A stretch of DNA of 64,000 nt from a virus (lineage: Duplodnaviria > Caudoviricetes), in IMG/VR virus record IMGVR_UViG_3300036770_007283, one strand, 5' to 3'. This document shows positions 42,808 to 52,003 of this stretch, piece after piece. The translations under genes were made by a program, and so were the position numbers. The notes under the pieces are model-generated. The model searched no databases, was not told the DNA's origin, and saw only the letters and a program-made list of their open reading frames with translations. Positions within the stretch are counted from its first letter, which is position 1; each line of letters begins with the position of its first letter.

Positions 42808-43767
42808 TCAGCTTCCTCTGGTAAATCTATTCCTACTAATTCCTACGTTATTTATCTCAAGATTTGTTGATTCTTGTGTGTTTGAGAATCTAGATGTTAT
42901 AGATTGACTAGAACTTACACCTGAATCATTCGAGTTTGCCTGGCTATCTTGCCTTCTATAACTTTCTGAAACTGGAAAAGTTAATTCATCTTCTCTTGGT
43001 CCTTCTACAGGCATTGAAGCAGAACGTGGTTCGTTATTTGCATCATAAGGGTTTCTATGCCAAGGCATAAAGTTTGATCTACTACCAGATCTTTTAAATG
43101 CATGAAATGTAAAGGTATAAGTAAAATTACCCGTTGTTTCTGCACCTTCATCGAAGTTAAAATCTTTAAATATTCCCTGGTATCTTTCACCATGCCAATA
43201 CATAATTACACTAGTTGCATAAGCACCTAAAGTTGGAGATAATTCAATTGCGGCAGGATTATTATTTACAATTCCTGCTGCAGCATCTGTTACTTGTTCT
43301 ATAATTGAACTAACACCATTTAAAATATCGGAAGCTCCACCTCCAGTAAAACTATCTAAAACACTTGTAGTATCGCTTAAAAAGTTATTTAGCGACACAC
43401 CATTCCCTATAGTTCTACCTTCAAATGCGCTTATAAATTCTTGCGAGTTATTTGCTGCTCTGTTCCTTAAAATATTTGTAAATTGGATAATTTCATTTCT
43501 ATAAACGTCCCTTAATATATTTATAGCTTCAATGCCACCAGACCCCACCTGACCAGTCACGCTAATATTGGTATATTGTTCGCCCCAGTATTGAACTATA
43601 TATCCACCCTTGGTATTTGACTCATTCATTAGTTTTGAATTTGTAATTCTTATCGTTGTTGGATTAATATATAGTGGGATTACAGACCTTCCCAAGACAT
43701 CATTTCTACCTAGTGACTCAGCAGACACAGGAACTAAAAATTTCATAGTTCTTCTTTGAACTGGCAT
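42808..43767 (-). CDS. Tail tube initiator (gp48/gp54-like)
   Basis: LYINPTTI...TKGGYIVQYWGE...ISVTG and YQGIFKDFNFDE...NFTYTFTF tube-like strands. It lies between the tape measure and the hub. Confidence 0.65.
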   Translation of the reverse strand: MPVQRRTMKFLVPVSAESLGRNDVLGRSVIPLYINPTTIRITNSKLMNESNTKGGYIVQYWGEQYTNISVTGQVGSGGIEAINILRDVYRNEIIQFTNILRNRAANNSQEFISAFEGRTIGNGVSLNNFLSDTTSVLDSFTGGGASDILNGVSSIIEQVTDAAAGIVNNNPAAIELSPTLGAYATSVIMYWHGERYQGIFKDFNFDEGAETTGNFTYTFTFHAFKRSGSRSNFMPWHRNPYDANNEPRSASMPVEGPREDELTFPVSESYRRQDSQANSNDSGVSSSQSITSRFSNTQESTNLEINNVGISRNRFTRGS

Positions 43768-43782
43768 ATATGCTCCTAATCG

Positions 43783-45552
43783 CTATCTTGCAGTGAGAGT
43801 ACCGCTGATTGAATTAATTAAAAGATCAATTTTACTTATCAATACGTTCATAACATCTGTTGTGCCATCAACTGCGGTTGCTGCTGCAGAACCAAATTGG
43901 GTTTGTCTAATCTTATTAAATAAATCATCAAATTCTTGTCTAAGTTCTTCAAAAAATTCATCGATATTACCTGCTGCAGTTTTAATTTTATCGAAGACTT
44001 CTTCACCAAGCTCATTAAAATCAACAATTGGTTGATTACCATAACCCCTATTAAATTCGGTAATGTCACCCCGAAATCTATCAACCCCCTCTCTCTGCAT
44101 CCTTCCTACCAATGCTGCCAAAGTATCCGCACTTAATCGGACACCCTCTGTAAACTTTTTGTTTAATAATTGTAACTCAACATAGGTTGAAGCAGTAGAG
44201 GCAGCAGTTTTTTCTTCATATGATGTGGTTTGATTTCTAGCAGAGATTATTTCCTGTAAGTCTGTCCCCAAGGACTCTGCCAAAGATTGGTCACCACTTT
44301 TATTAGCTTCGTTTAATTTTTCTAACAACTCCAAAGTTCTATCTTGTGTTGCGGTATCTGTTATTTTATAAATGTCACTTAATAATTGTGTTTGTGTAAA
44401 AAATGCTTGTTGTAGCCTGGGATCCTTATCTGCTTCGGAGACTGTAACTATATTTCCGCCCGCAAATGAAGATAAAGTATTTTTCATTGCATTAGCTAGA
44501 TCCATCGCTAGTTCTGATTGGTCACCACCCTCTGCTAGTCTAGCCCTCAAACCAATGCTGGCACCCAATGCGCCCTGTCCAGAGCCAATATCTAATCCAC
44601 CTCTTTGAAAAGTTAAATAAGCGGCAGAATAATTAGATGACAAACCCACCAAAGAATTGCTTAATGTTGTTGACAAGCTTAAAGCATTTTCCATACCCAA
44701 GCCCATATCTTCTAAACTATCTGCAAAGCCTTCTAATGCTGGACGACCAAAGCTAGCATTTACACCTAGCTTACTGAGGTTGCTAGCAAAACTATCTAAA
44801 TTATCTGCTATTTTACTTACCTTAAGACCTGTATCTGCTGATATATCACCAAACATAGCCATTTGCTCTACAGCATCTTGTGCTGATAATCCCTGGACCA
44901 TCATGGCACTAGATAAGCCTTTCATATAATCAGTTAAAGTCATCCCCAAAGAACTAGAATGTAAAAATGCTGTATTTAAAAGATCCATACTTCCTGCTGC
45001 GGAAGTTATTGTTTTGCTCATATTTTCTATAGAAATTCCAGCATCAGCCATTGTCTTTGCAACAGCTACCCTATCTGCTGTTGTAATAAACCCAAACTCT
45101 GCAGTTGCAAATTGTTGCGCAGAAGTCATTATATAATCGCTATATTTTTTTGCCTCTTCAAAGCCCTTACCAAAGCCTGCTGCATTCTTATACATTGCCT
45201 CGTTTAGATCCCTTGTGTATGCAGTGGCAACATCCATGGCTTTTCCGAAGCTATTTAAAAGCGTAATTGCTTCGCCGCCAACTCCCAATATTGAACCAAA
45301 AGTTTCGTTAACTTTGTTAAGACCATAGGTAAGCGGACTTAATGCACCAAGTGAAAGCTTGTCGGCAAATGAAGTCATAAGAGATATTGCACCACTAAGG
45401 TTATTATTAACTGCACTAGCAGCCGCCGCAACTTTGTCAAATCCTATACCACCAGAAGCCGCTGCTTTATTTAAGTTATCAAAGGCAGCAATACCACTAG
45501 CTACAGACTGATTTAGTTTGTTTAGAGCTTGTGTCGCTGAATCTGTTGCCAT
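43783..45552 (-). CDS. Tape measure protein
   Basis: Ala/Gly/Ser/Leu-rich and largely helical, located directly downstream of the frameshifting chaperone gene. GGAGAGG RBS. Confidence 0.7.
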   Translation of the reverse strand: MATDSATQALNKLNQSVASGIAAFDNLNKAAASGGIGFDKVAAAASAVNNNLSGAISLMTSFADKLSLGALSPLTYGLNKVNETFGSILGVGGEAITLLNSFGKAMDVATAYTRDLNEAMYKNAAGFGKGFEEAKKYSDYIMTSAQQFATAEFGFITTADRVAVAKTMADAGISIENMSKTITSAAGSMDLLNTAFLHSSSLGMTLTDYMKGLSSAMMVQGLSAQDAVEQMAMFGDISADTGLKVSKIADNLDSFASNLSKLGVNASFGRPALEGFADSLEDMGLGMENALSLSTTLSNSLVGLSSNYSAAYLTFQRGGLDIGSGQGALGASIGLRARLAEGGDQSELAMDLANAMKNTLSSFAGGNIVTVSEADKDPRLQQAFFTQTQLLSDIYKITDTATQDRTLELLEKLNEANKSGDQSLAESLGTDLQEIISARNQTTSYEEKTAASTASTYVELQLLNKKFTEGVRLSADTLAALVGRMQREGVDRFRGDITEFNRGYGNQPIVDFNELGEEVFDKIKTAAGNIDEFFEELRQEFDDLFNKIRQTQFGSAAATAVDGTTDVMNVLISKIDLLINSISGTLTAR

Positions 45553-45563
45553 AATTCCTCTCC

Positions 45564-46010
45564 CTAAGTATTAAATTTATCTATAGTATTTTTAATACTA
45601 GATAAATCAGATGGTAACTTTGCTCTTGATACATCATAATTTTCATTCTGCTTTCCACTTTGCTCTAGCTTTCTCATCCTAATAACTGCATCTAACAAGT
45701 TGTTATTCTTAAAATCGCCTGTTACGATCGACTTCTCAAACTCAGCGTCATCTTTAAACCTATGGTCTGGTGGACTTTTTCTATATTCTTGAATCTTTTT
45801 AACTGCTTCTGCATTCCAGAATGAAGCAAGATAATCTATTTTTGATAATTGTTCCTCGTGTTCTTGTTTTTTATCTTGATATAATAATTCAGAATATAAG
45901 ACCCATTGATGTATGGTTATATCATCAAAGATAGGATCGTCTATTCTACACTTCCAAAGCTTAGATAATTCCCATCGGAGCCAGATTTCTGGCTCCTTTA
46001 TTAGTTTTTT
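45564..46010 (-). CDS. -1 frameshift extension of the tail assembly chaperone (GT-like); missing from the ORF track
   Basis: The -1 frame is open from the slippery site to TAG at 45566-45564 (LIKEPEIWLRWELSKLWKCRIDDPIFDD...IDKFNT, 146 codons). It has no ATG/GTG/TTG in its 5' two-thirds, is closed upstream by TAA-TGA, and fills the 450-nt gap before the tape measure. Confidence 0.8.
   Translation of the reverse strand, partial: KKLIKEPEIWLRWELSKLWKCRIDDPIFDDITIHQWVLYSELLYQDKKQEHEEQLSKIDYLASFWNAEAVKKIQEYRKSPPDHRFKDDAEFEKSIVTGDFKNNNLLDAVIRMRKLEQSGKQNENYDVSRAKLPSDLSSIKNTIDKFNT
45977..46010 (-). other. Programmed -1 ribosomal frameshift signal
   Basis: In-frame heptamer A AAA AAC (46010-46004) lies immediately before the stop. 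It is followed by a 7-nt spacer TAATAAA and the perfect hairpin GGAGCCAG-AAAT-CTGGCTCC (45996-45977). Confidence 0.8.
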
Positions 46011-46543
46011 GAGTTTTCCTTGATGCCTCCATCATTATATAGACCCATTGATCTTTCGACCATCTTTTCATAATGTTCAAAAATTTTATCTACTAGCGAG
46101 GCTTGAAATTCCATAATAACCTCTACTTTTTGTTCATATTCTGACAGATGTTGCTCGCCAGAGTAAATTTCATTTAGTGACAGACCATTAACTGATACAA
46201 TTGCCTCAGCTAAAGTATAAGGTTTTATATTAAGAATTCTTTCATCTTGTTCTATCTTCATTAATCTTTTGACTATTTCCTTTTGCTGCCTGCTTGATAG
46301 TGTTGATATTTTAATTGTTGAATCACCAATAGAAATATCTTCGACCAACTTTCCAAAAAGTGCTAGATTTTTAAACCCAGGGGGAATGGGCTTGTCTTCT
46401 GCTGCCTCATTTTCAAATACTTCCTCGTTAGCTTCACGAACTTTGTTAAGTGCGCCAACAACACCCTGTGGTAAATTACCCATAGCATTCTTAGCTTTTG
46501 TTGCTGTTTGGTGTTCAACTACACCTCGGCCTGTTCTACTCAT
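46001..46543 (-). CDS. Tail assembly chaperone (lambda gpG-like role)
   Basis: It lies between the tube and tape measure genes. It has an acidic alpha/beta chaperone-like sequence (IKISTLSSRQQKEI...LAEAIVSVNG) and ends in a slippery site. Confidence 0.7.
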   Translation of the reverse strand: MSRTGRGVVEHQTATKAKNAMGNLPQGVVGALNKVREANEEVFENEAAEDKPIPPGFKNLALFGKLVEDISIGDSTIKISTLSSRQQKEIVKRLMKIEQDERILNIKPYTLAEAIVSVNGLSLNEIYSGEQHLSEYEQKVEVIMEFQASLVDKIFEHYEKMVERSMGLYNDGGIKENSKN

Positions 46544-47151
46544 TTATCACCTCTCTTAATGTTTTCACTAACTTTAATGCACATGGTTATAAATTGCAAA
46601 TGCGTTAGATTGCCTTTAAACTTTTGACAATCTATACAACATGATACCAGATTATCAATATTATAACCACCGGAAATATTTATCAACTCCAACCTAATTT
46701 TTTTTACTTTAGAACTACAATAAAAACAATCTTTGTTCCAAAAGCTATCAAACTCTTCTAACTCAATACTGAATGGCACCTTTTCTTTTTGTGCTTTTTC
46801 TTTATAGATTGCATAACTTCGTGCTGGTTTATAATTATGACATCTTCTGCATTCTGCTCTAAAATAAGGTGGATTGGGAAGTTTTGAAAAATTATCTAAT
46901 GTTTTAAACTCACCACATCTTTTACAACTTTTTCCGCCCTCACAATTATATTTTTTTTGTGTATAAGAAGCTCTGCCTGATCCAGCACATTTTCTACTGC
47001 AATAAACACCCTCTGCATTTCTTCTTATTACATTATATAATGTTCCATATTTAACTTCAAAATCAGAATTACACCAGGTGCATTTGGCAGGAATAATTTC
47101 TAAATTTTTCCAAATTTCTTTATCATTTTTAAGCTGCTCTAAAGTATACAA
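46540..47151 (-). CDS. HNH-endonuclease-like multi-zinc-finger protein, probably catalytically degenerate (TTG start)
   Basis: Six Cys pairs (CTWC, CSRKC, CKRC, CRRC, CFYC, CCIDC). The C-terminus CFYC...GGYNIDNLVSCCIDCQKFK matches the phage HNH pattern CxYC...GY..xNxVxCCxxCNxxK. Confidence 0.7.
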   Translation of the reverse strand: MYTLEQLKNDKEIWKNLEIIPAKCTWCNSDFEVKYGTLYNVIRRNAEGVYCSRKCAGSGRASYTQKKYNCEGGKSCKRCGEFKTLDNFSKLPNPPYFRAECRRCHNYKPARSYAIYKEKAQKEKVPFSIELEEFDSFWNKDCFYCSSKVKKIRLELINISGGYNIDNLVSCCIDCQKFKGNLTHLQFITMCIKVSENIKRGDK

Positions 47152-47231
47152 AAACTACTCCTGTTTATATGTAAAAAAGTACCAGAAATAAATTTAAAAG
47201 ACTTTTTTATTTAAAACAGAATTTTTTAAAG

Positions 47232-47263
47232 AAAATAAAAAACCCCCTAAAGAGGGGGTTTTT
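47232..47263 (-). terminator. Intrinsic (Rho-independent) terminator after the sheath-tube genes
   Basis: Minus strand AAAAACCCCCT-CTTT-AGGGGGTTTTT followed by TATTTT, about 18 nt after the tube stop. Confidence 0.85.
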
Positions 47264-47280
47264 ATCATTTAAACTTGTGA

Positions 47281-47886
47281 TTAGAATGCAGCGCTAATTA
47301 GACCAGGGAAGTCTAGGGCACCTCTTCTAGCACCGGAATCTGCCAGTAATTCAACATCATCCAACTGTGTTGGAACCTGTCTACCACCACCAGTACCTTG
47401 ACTCAAGGCTACTGCTTCACCACCGCGGATGGTCCTAACAGTTTCTACTAGTACGTTTGCAGTTTCAGATATTACATAGTTTTCTGAACTGTAAGTCTTT
47501 GATAGAGTCTTGAACCAGCAATTTTGATAAGTGGTAATAACTGCATCATCATCTGTTCCAGTGTATTGATCAATTACTACAATATCAAAAGGTATTCTTT
47601 GTGCCTTTAGATTCTTAAATCCTCTGGAGAAAGCTTCTGGTAAGCTTAATCCATCGAATACAATTCTAGTAATTGTAAGATCTACGTCTGCAGAAGAATC
47701 AGGTACAGCTTCGATAACGCCGTCTGTACCTACTTCACGAATTCTTTTGATCTGTCTATTTTGTGTTTCTTGGAATGACTGAACAGCACCAACAGGTTCA
47801 TTATTAACTAGAATAAGAATCTGTGTAGATAATGCTGTTCTGGTAGTTCCATCTAATACAGAGCCAGATTTAGGATAAGTTGCCAT
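47281..47886 (-). CDS. Tail tube protein
   Basis: ILILVNNEPVGAVQSF...IREVGTDGVIE...FDIVVID...TYQNCWF, the pattern of myophage tube proteins. It follows the sheath and has an AGGAG RBS. Confidence 0.85.
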   Translation of the reverse strand: MATYPKSGSVLDGTTRTALSTQILILVNNEPVGAVQSFQETQNRQIKRIREVGTDGVIEAVPDSSADVDLTITRIVFDGLSLPEAFSRGFKNLKAQRIPFDIVVIDQYTGTDDDAVITTYQNCWFKTLSKTYSSENYVISETANVLVETVRTIRGGEAVALSQGTGGGRQVPTQLDDVELLADSGARRGALDFPGLISAAF

Positions 47887-47898
47887 TTAATACTCCTA

Positions 47899-50800
47899 TT
47901 ATAGGATACCGACTTCAATATCGATAAAGATATAGTTAATTGGATATGCTGGCTGGAATCTCAAATACACATTCCACTGTCTTGGGTCAAGCTTATCTCT
48001 TTCAACCTTAACATTTTTATAACCAGTAATTAATCCTTGTGAGACTAAGGAAGATAAAATTCCAATAATTCTGGATGTCATTGCACCCTGTGTATTGTTG
48101 TCTTCTACAACGCCAACGAATGCTTTGAGTCCTTGTCTTAGAACTTCTTTAACTCTATCTCTAATGAAGATTATGGAAACTTCCTCATCTTCTACGAATC
48201 CAGACTGGCTAGTAGTCCTACCTGCCAAAACCTGTCCACCACCAACAACTGGCTGTACAACTGTGGCACCAACTGCACCTAGTTGATTTAGAATTACAGG
48301 GCGGTACTTCTTATCTCTAAGAATTGTGAAGCCTGAAAGAACTTTGTTAGTTAGTGGTATTGCAACGTTTTGTGTAGCAGATAAATAACCAGCGGCAGCA
48401 GCAGCCATATAGAATCCGTCAATAAAGGTGTTTGCACCCTGAATGGATCTTACTACCTGATCTGGATAGAAATAGACGGCTCTATTGCTGGTGTAGTTAT
48501 CACTAAGCTTGTAGTTTTGTAGATCTTCAGTATTTCCATCAAGAACTTCTTCTGGATCGTCGCCCTGAATACCTTCTAGAATGCCAATGTCTTCTACTGC
48601 AACTTCTTCTAATCCAATAAGAGCCTGAGGTGTTACGCCTTGTTGTGCGCCAAACATTGTAACTCTTTCTTTTTGGATTGCAATAGTGCTCATGGTTTCT
48701 ACGTGCTGAATTGCAGCGCGGAAAATTCCACCCCTATTTTGTAGTGGTAATGGAACTACAATCTGGCACTCTTCTGCTTCTAGAGCCTCAAATGCTTCAA
48801 ACCAATTTGTATCAAAGAAATCTGCATCAACTTCATCAACATAAGAAATCTTAATTCCATCGCCAGACTTTAAAGTTCCGCTAGATACTAAATCTTTGTG
48901 GAAAAGTACTGCGGCTCTTTTGTTGGTAACATCACTCTCATCTTTGATAAAGAATTGCATTTCGGTAGCGCTGTTTGTAAGGCTGGTTGATAAACCATCA
49001 TTAGCAACAACAATAACAGTTTGGTCATCCACAATATCAGTGATTATCAATTCTATACCTACGGTGGTAGAGCCAAATAGTGCAAGGCTAATATCGTCTG
49101 ACTTAGTCTTTAAAGAACCAAAAGAATCTTTAAGGCTCTGGACAACTATAATCTTGCCTACGTCTGTACCATCAAAATTTACCTCTGAACTGGTAAAAGT
49201 TTCTGATGAAGCAGCCACACTGCCAGCAAATCCTTGGCCAATAATCTTGGTATCTGTATTGATTATAGTGTAAGAGAATGGATAGGATGGATTTGATATA
49301 AACTGTGCTTGTCCAGTTGGGCTTTCAATTTGTGAATTGTAAAACTCTACCTTATTTGGGAAGATTTGTGTTTCAACACCCTTTCTGACAACAAAGAAGT
49401 TAACTTGCGAATCGCTTTGTGGTCTTGCTTTTTGTAATCCAGATAGGGGCCTTGGAATTATAAAAGTAAGATCATCTGGTTCACAGTTTGCTGCGTTGCC
49501 ACCGCAGGCCTTAAATCCACCTTGACCATTAGAATTTGCTTCTTGAACTAAGAAGGCAGTTGTTCTTCTTGGAATTGGTGGCTTGCACTGTAAGGCTAGA
49601 ACATAAGGTGCTTGGTTCTCAAAGCAAAGTCTAGCGCCAAGTGATAAGGTATTTTTAACACTCTCTTGACCATGCTTTTTAGCAAGCTCTTGTGCGCTGA
49701 CAAAAAGTTCTGGATCGTTAATATCACTTTCTGCAATATACTTAACTTCTAGTCTATCATTCTTTTTTAGTACTCGGGATTTTACATCGATAAAGAATTT
49801 ATCGCCAACTTCAAATGGAACATTTCCTGCTTTAATTCCAAAGACTAAAACACCATTGGTTTCTAGCATATGGAACTCTAGATCTTTTTCACCTAAGCCA
49901 TCTGCATCATCATCAACTAGGTTAGGGAATCCAACATTTGGCTCGCCTAATTTGCTAACTCTTAATCTTCTAGAAGAAGTTACTTTATCTACTCTGTAGA
50001 ATCCAGAAAGTCCAGGTGTGTCACCGCCACAAATTGCTAAAACCTTTCCAAGATCGGAACTTGAAAAAGCGCCAGCAGTTGCAGGGGCACCAGTTATACC
50101 GTTATGTACTACGCTGGGATCATCAATAAATAAATTCTTTGCTCTAATCTCCCAGGCTACATTGAGTGCATCGTAAGAAAAACTATCAGTTACCAAGGTT
50201 AAGGTTGTGGTATCAGTTCCTAAGTCATAATCGATATCTTCAATTTCAATTCCGGTATATCCATCTGCACAAAGAAAATCACCAGGAACTACCTGGCCTT
50301 GTGTTATAAGATCGCCGTCGAACTTAAAGTATCTGGTAGTAAGTGGTGTAGCATCACCACTTAAAACAACCGAGTTACCTAAACCAAAGTCATCGCTAGT
50401 AGCTACAACAAAGCCGTCTTGGCAGACATCTTCATTTCCTGAAACCGCACCCTTGATGCTAGTATAGTAAGAATCATGAAATAAAATTGGTTGACCACCT
50501 GATGTAGTTATTTGTCCTGATACAGAGCCAGATAATGTAAAAGTAGTTTGGCCAGGAATTGGATCGCCGTTAGAATCTCTGATAACAGAGACTGCTCTAA
50601 GTGTCCATCTTTCTGGTGGTGCGTTTTGATCTAAGATTGAGATAAGATTTACGCTGCCACAGATGCCATCTGGTAAGTAACCATTTCCAACGTTGATGCT
50701 ACTAGCAGACCACTTCTTTCCATCTTGATCACCTATACTAGCGCCCTGAAGTTCAAGGCATCCGGTATCTGGATCAAGCCTAAAATCAAATTGACCATCA

Positions 50801-51117
50801 AATGGTAGTCCATCTAATTCTGCTTCAATACCTCTAAGTGAGGAACCGTTTAAAAATACTTCGGTTCTTCCGCTTATAATTGGTGAAAATTGTAAGCTAA
50901 AGAATCTACCTGCTGGATTTCCATCGGGACTGCAATCTGGATTGCCATCTCGACCATTACCTATAGCTGCTTCAACGACAGTCTCTTCTCTAAGACCTTC
51001 ACCCATAATGCAGGGAATTCTTAATCCGCCCGGGATTGTTACGCCCCGAGAGATTACTCGATCCCTAGCAAATACGCCAGGTTGTACATATCCTGATATT
51101 CCTGGGATGTTAGCCAT
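47899..51117 (-). CDS. Tail sheath protein (1072 aa, with large insertions)
   Basis: N-terminal PGVF motif, and C-terminal sheath domain EEVSIIFIRDRV...YLRFQPAYPINYIFIDI. GGAGG RBS. Confidence 0.92.
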   Translation of the reverse strand: MANIPGISGYVQPGVFARDRVISRGVTIPGGLRIPCIMGEGLREETVVEAAIGNGRDGNPDCSPDGNPAGRFFSLQFSPIISGRTEVFLNGSSLRGIEAELDGLPFDGQFDFRLDPDTGCLELQGASIGDQDGKKWSASSINVGNGYLPDGICGSVNLISILDQNAPPERWTLRAVSVIRDSNGDPIPGQTTFTLSGSVSGQITTSGGQPILFHDSYYTSIKGAVSGNEDVCQDGFVVATSDDFGLGNSVVLSGDATPLTTRYFKFDGDLITQGQVVPGDFLCADGYTGIEIEDIDYDLGTDTTTLTLVTDSFSYDALNVAWEIRAKNLFIDDPSVVHNGITGAPATAGAFSSSDLGKVLAICGGDTPGLSGFYRVDKVTSSRRLRVSKLGEPNVGFPNLVDDDADGLGEKDLEFHMLETNGVLVFGIKAGNVPFEVGDKFFIDVKSRVLKKNDRLEVKYIAESDINDPELFVSAQELAKKHGQESVKNTLSLGARLCFENQAPYVLALQCKPPIPRRTTAFLVQEANSNGQGGFKACGGNAANCEPDDLTFIIPRPLSGLQKARPQSDSQVNFFVVRKGVETQIFPNKVEFYNSQIESPTGQAQFISNPSYPFSYTIINTDTKIIGQGFAGSVAASSETFTSSEVNFDGTDVGKIIVVQSLKDSFGSLKTKSDDISLALFGSTTVGIELIITDIVDDQTVIVVANDGLSTSLTNSATEMQFFIKDESDVTNKRAAVLFHKDLVSSGTLKSGDGIKISYVDEVDADFFDTNWFEAFEALEAEECQIVVPLPLQNRGGIFRAAIQHVETMSTIAIQKERVTMFGAQQGVTPQALIGLEEVAVEDIGILEGIQGDDPEEVLDGNTEDLQNYKLSDNYTSNRAVYFYPDQVVRSIQGANTFIDGFYMAAAAAGYLSATQNVAIPLTNKVLSGFTILRDKKYRPVILNQLGAVGATVVQPVVGGGQVLAGRTTSQSGFVEDEEVSIIFIRDRVKEVLRQGLKAFVGVVEDNNTQGAMTSRIIGILSSLVSQGLITGYKNVKVERDKLDPRQWNVYLRFQPAYPINYIFIDIEVGIL

Positions 51118-51180
51118 TTAATTCCTCCAAAAACCTATATAATAAACAATCATCTCAAACCTTTATATTAGTAGTTAAAT

Positions 51181-51996
51181 TTAAAGTTTTATTTCCGCAA
51201 TTTCTATTACATCTTCGAATTTCAAAGATTGTACATCCGATATTGTATTTTTTCCAGGAATTGGTGTTCTTGATACATCAAAATAAAATACAATTTTTTC
51301 AACTACATTTTCTAATGGAATCTCAACCCGCCATTCGGATCTGGTAGAGATTGATATCGTGTGACTAAACACAAAATCATTAGCATATGGTTCCGCATTT
51401 TCAGCGCTAACATTTAAACTTTTTATAAATAAACCATTTGCTCTTAATTCATTCCAAGATACATATTGCAAAATTAATTTGGTTATTTCTGTTATTTCCT
51501 CTAACTCACTATGACTTTCAGAATAAATTGATATATCAAAATTAACTTCCCAGGCTCCAGCATAAACACGATGTGTCGGTGTTAAAATTTCTTTGACTGC
51601 ACCAAATTCGTCTTCGACCAAATCTTTTCTATACTTAGTAGAATAATTCTGATTAAAACCTAAAGCGACAGAAGTTCCGCTGGAAGTCTTTACCGTTATA
51701 GCAGGGTAAAACTTAATTTCATATCTATAAACATCTGTTATCAAAATCTTGGTTGTAGATGGATCGTCAATCGTCAAACCCGTTAAGTCAGGTGTGGCTG
51801 GATAACCATATTCGTCATGCCTATATGTATAAATATTGTCCTTGCTAAAGTGCTTTCTTAAAGTATCTATCAGCAAGTTCTTGGGCTGAACAATAGAAAC
51901 GTTTTGAACTATATAGTTATCAGCAAAAAAATTAGAATATACTCTGTGATCTCCGCTAAATCCTGTTCCTGGAAGATTTTGAGTATCAATTCCCAT
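51181..51996 (-). CDS. Putative tail terminator / tail completion protein
   Basis: Directly upstream of the sheath. FYPAITV...WEVNFDISIYSESHSELEEITEI resembles the gpU/gp15-type terminator fold. The call rests mainly on synteny. Confidence 0.55.
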   Translation of the reverse strand: MGIDTQNLPGTGFSGDHRVYSNFFADNYIVQNVSIVQPKNLLIDTLRKHFSKDNIYTYRHDEYGYPATPDLTGLTIDDPSTTKILITDVYRYEIKFYPAITVKTSSGTSVALGFNQNYSTKYRKDLVEDEFGAVKEILTPTHRVYAGAWEVNFDISIYSESHSELEEITEITKLILQYVSWNELRANGLFIKSLNVSAENAEPYANDFVFSHTISISTRSEWRVEIPLENVVEKIVFYFDVSRTPIPGKNTISDVQSLKFEDVIEIAEIKL

Positions 51997-52003
51997 CTGT
52001 TAA

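Noticed and set aside
16576-43936. Short alternative-frame minus-strand ORFs (16576..16947, 27618..27827, 43005..43193, 43848..44084)
   Set aside because: They are nested within larger genes and have no RBS, slippery site or recognisable motif.
47899-51117. Apparent cysteine richness of the sheath and other virion proteins, suggesting a disulfide-stabilised particle
   Set aside because: The sheath has 12 Cys in 1072 aa (about 1.1%), which is not unusual. Local clusters (CNCN, CQC) in the fibre may bind metal but give no firm pattern.
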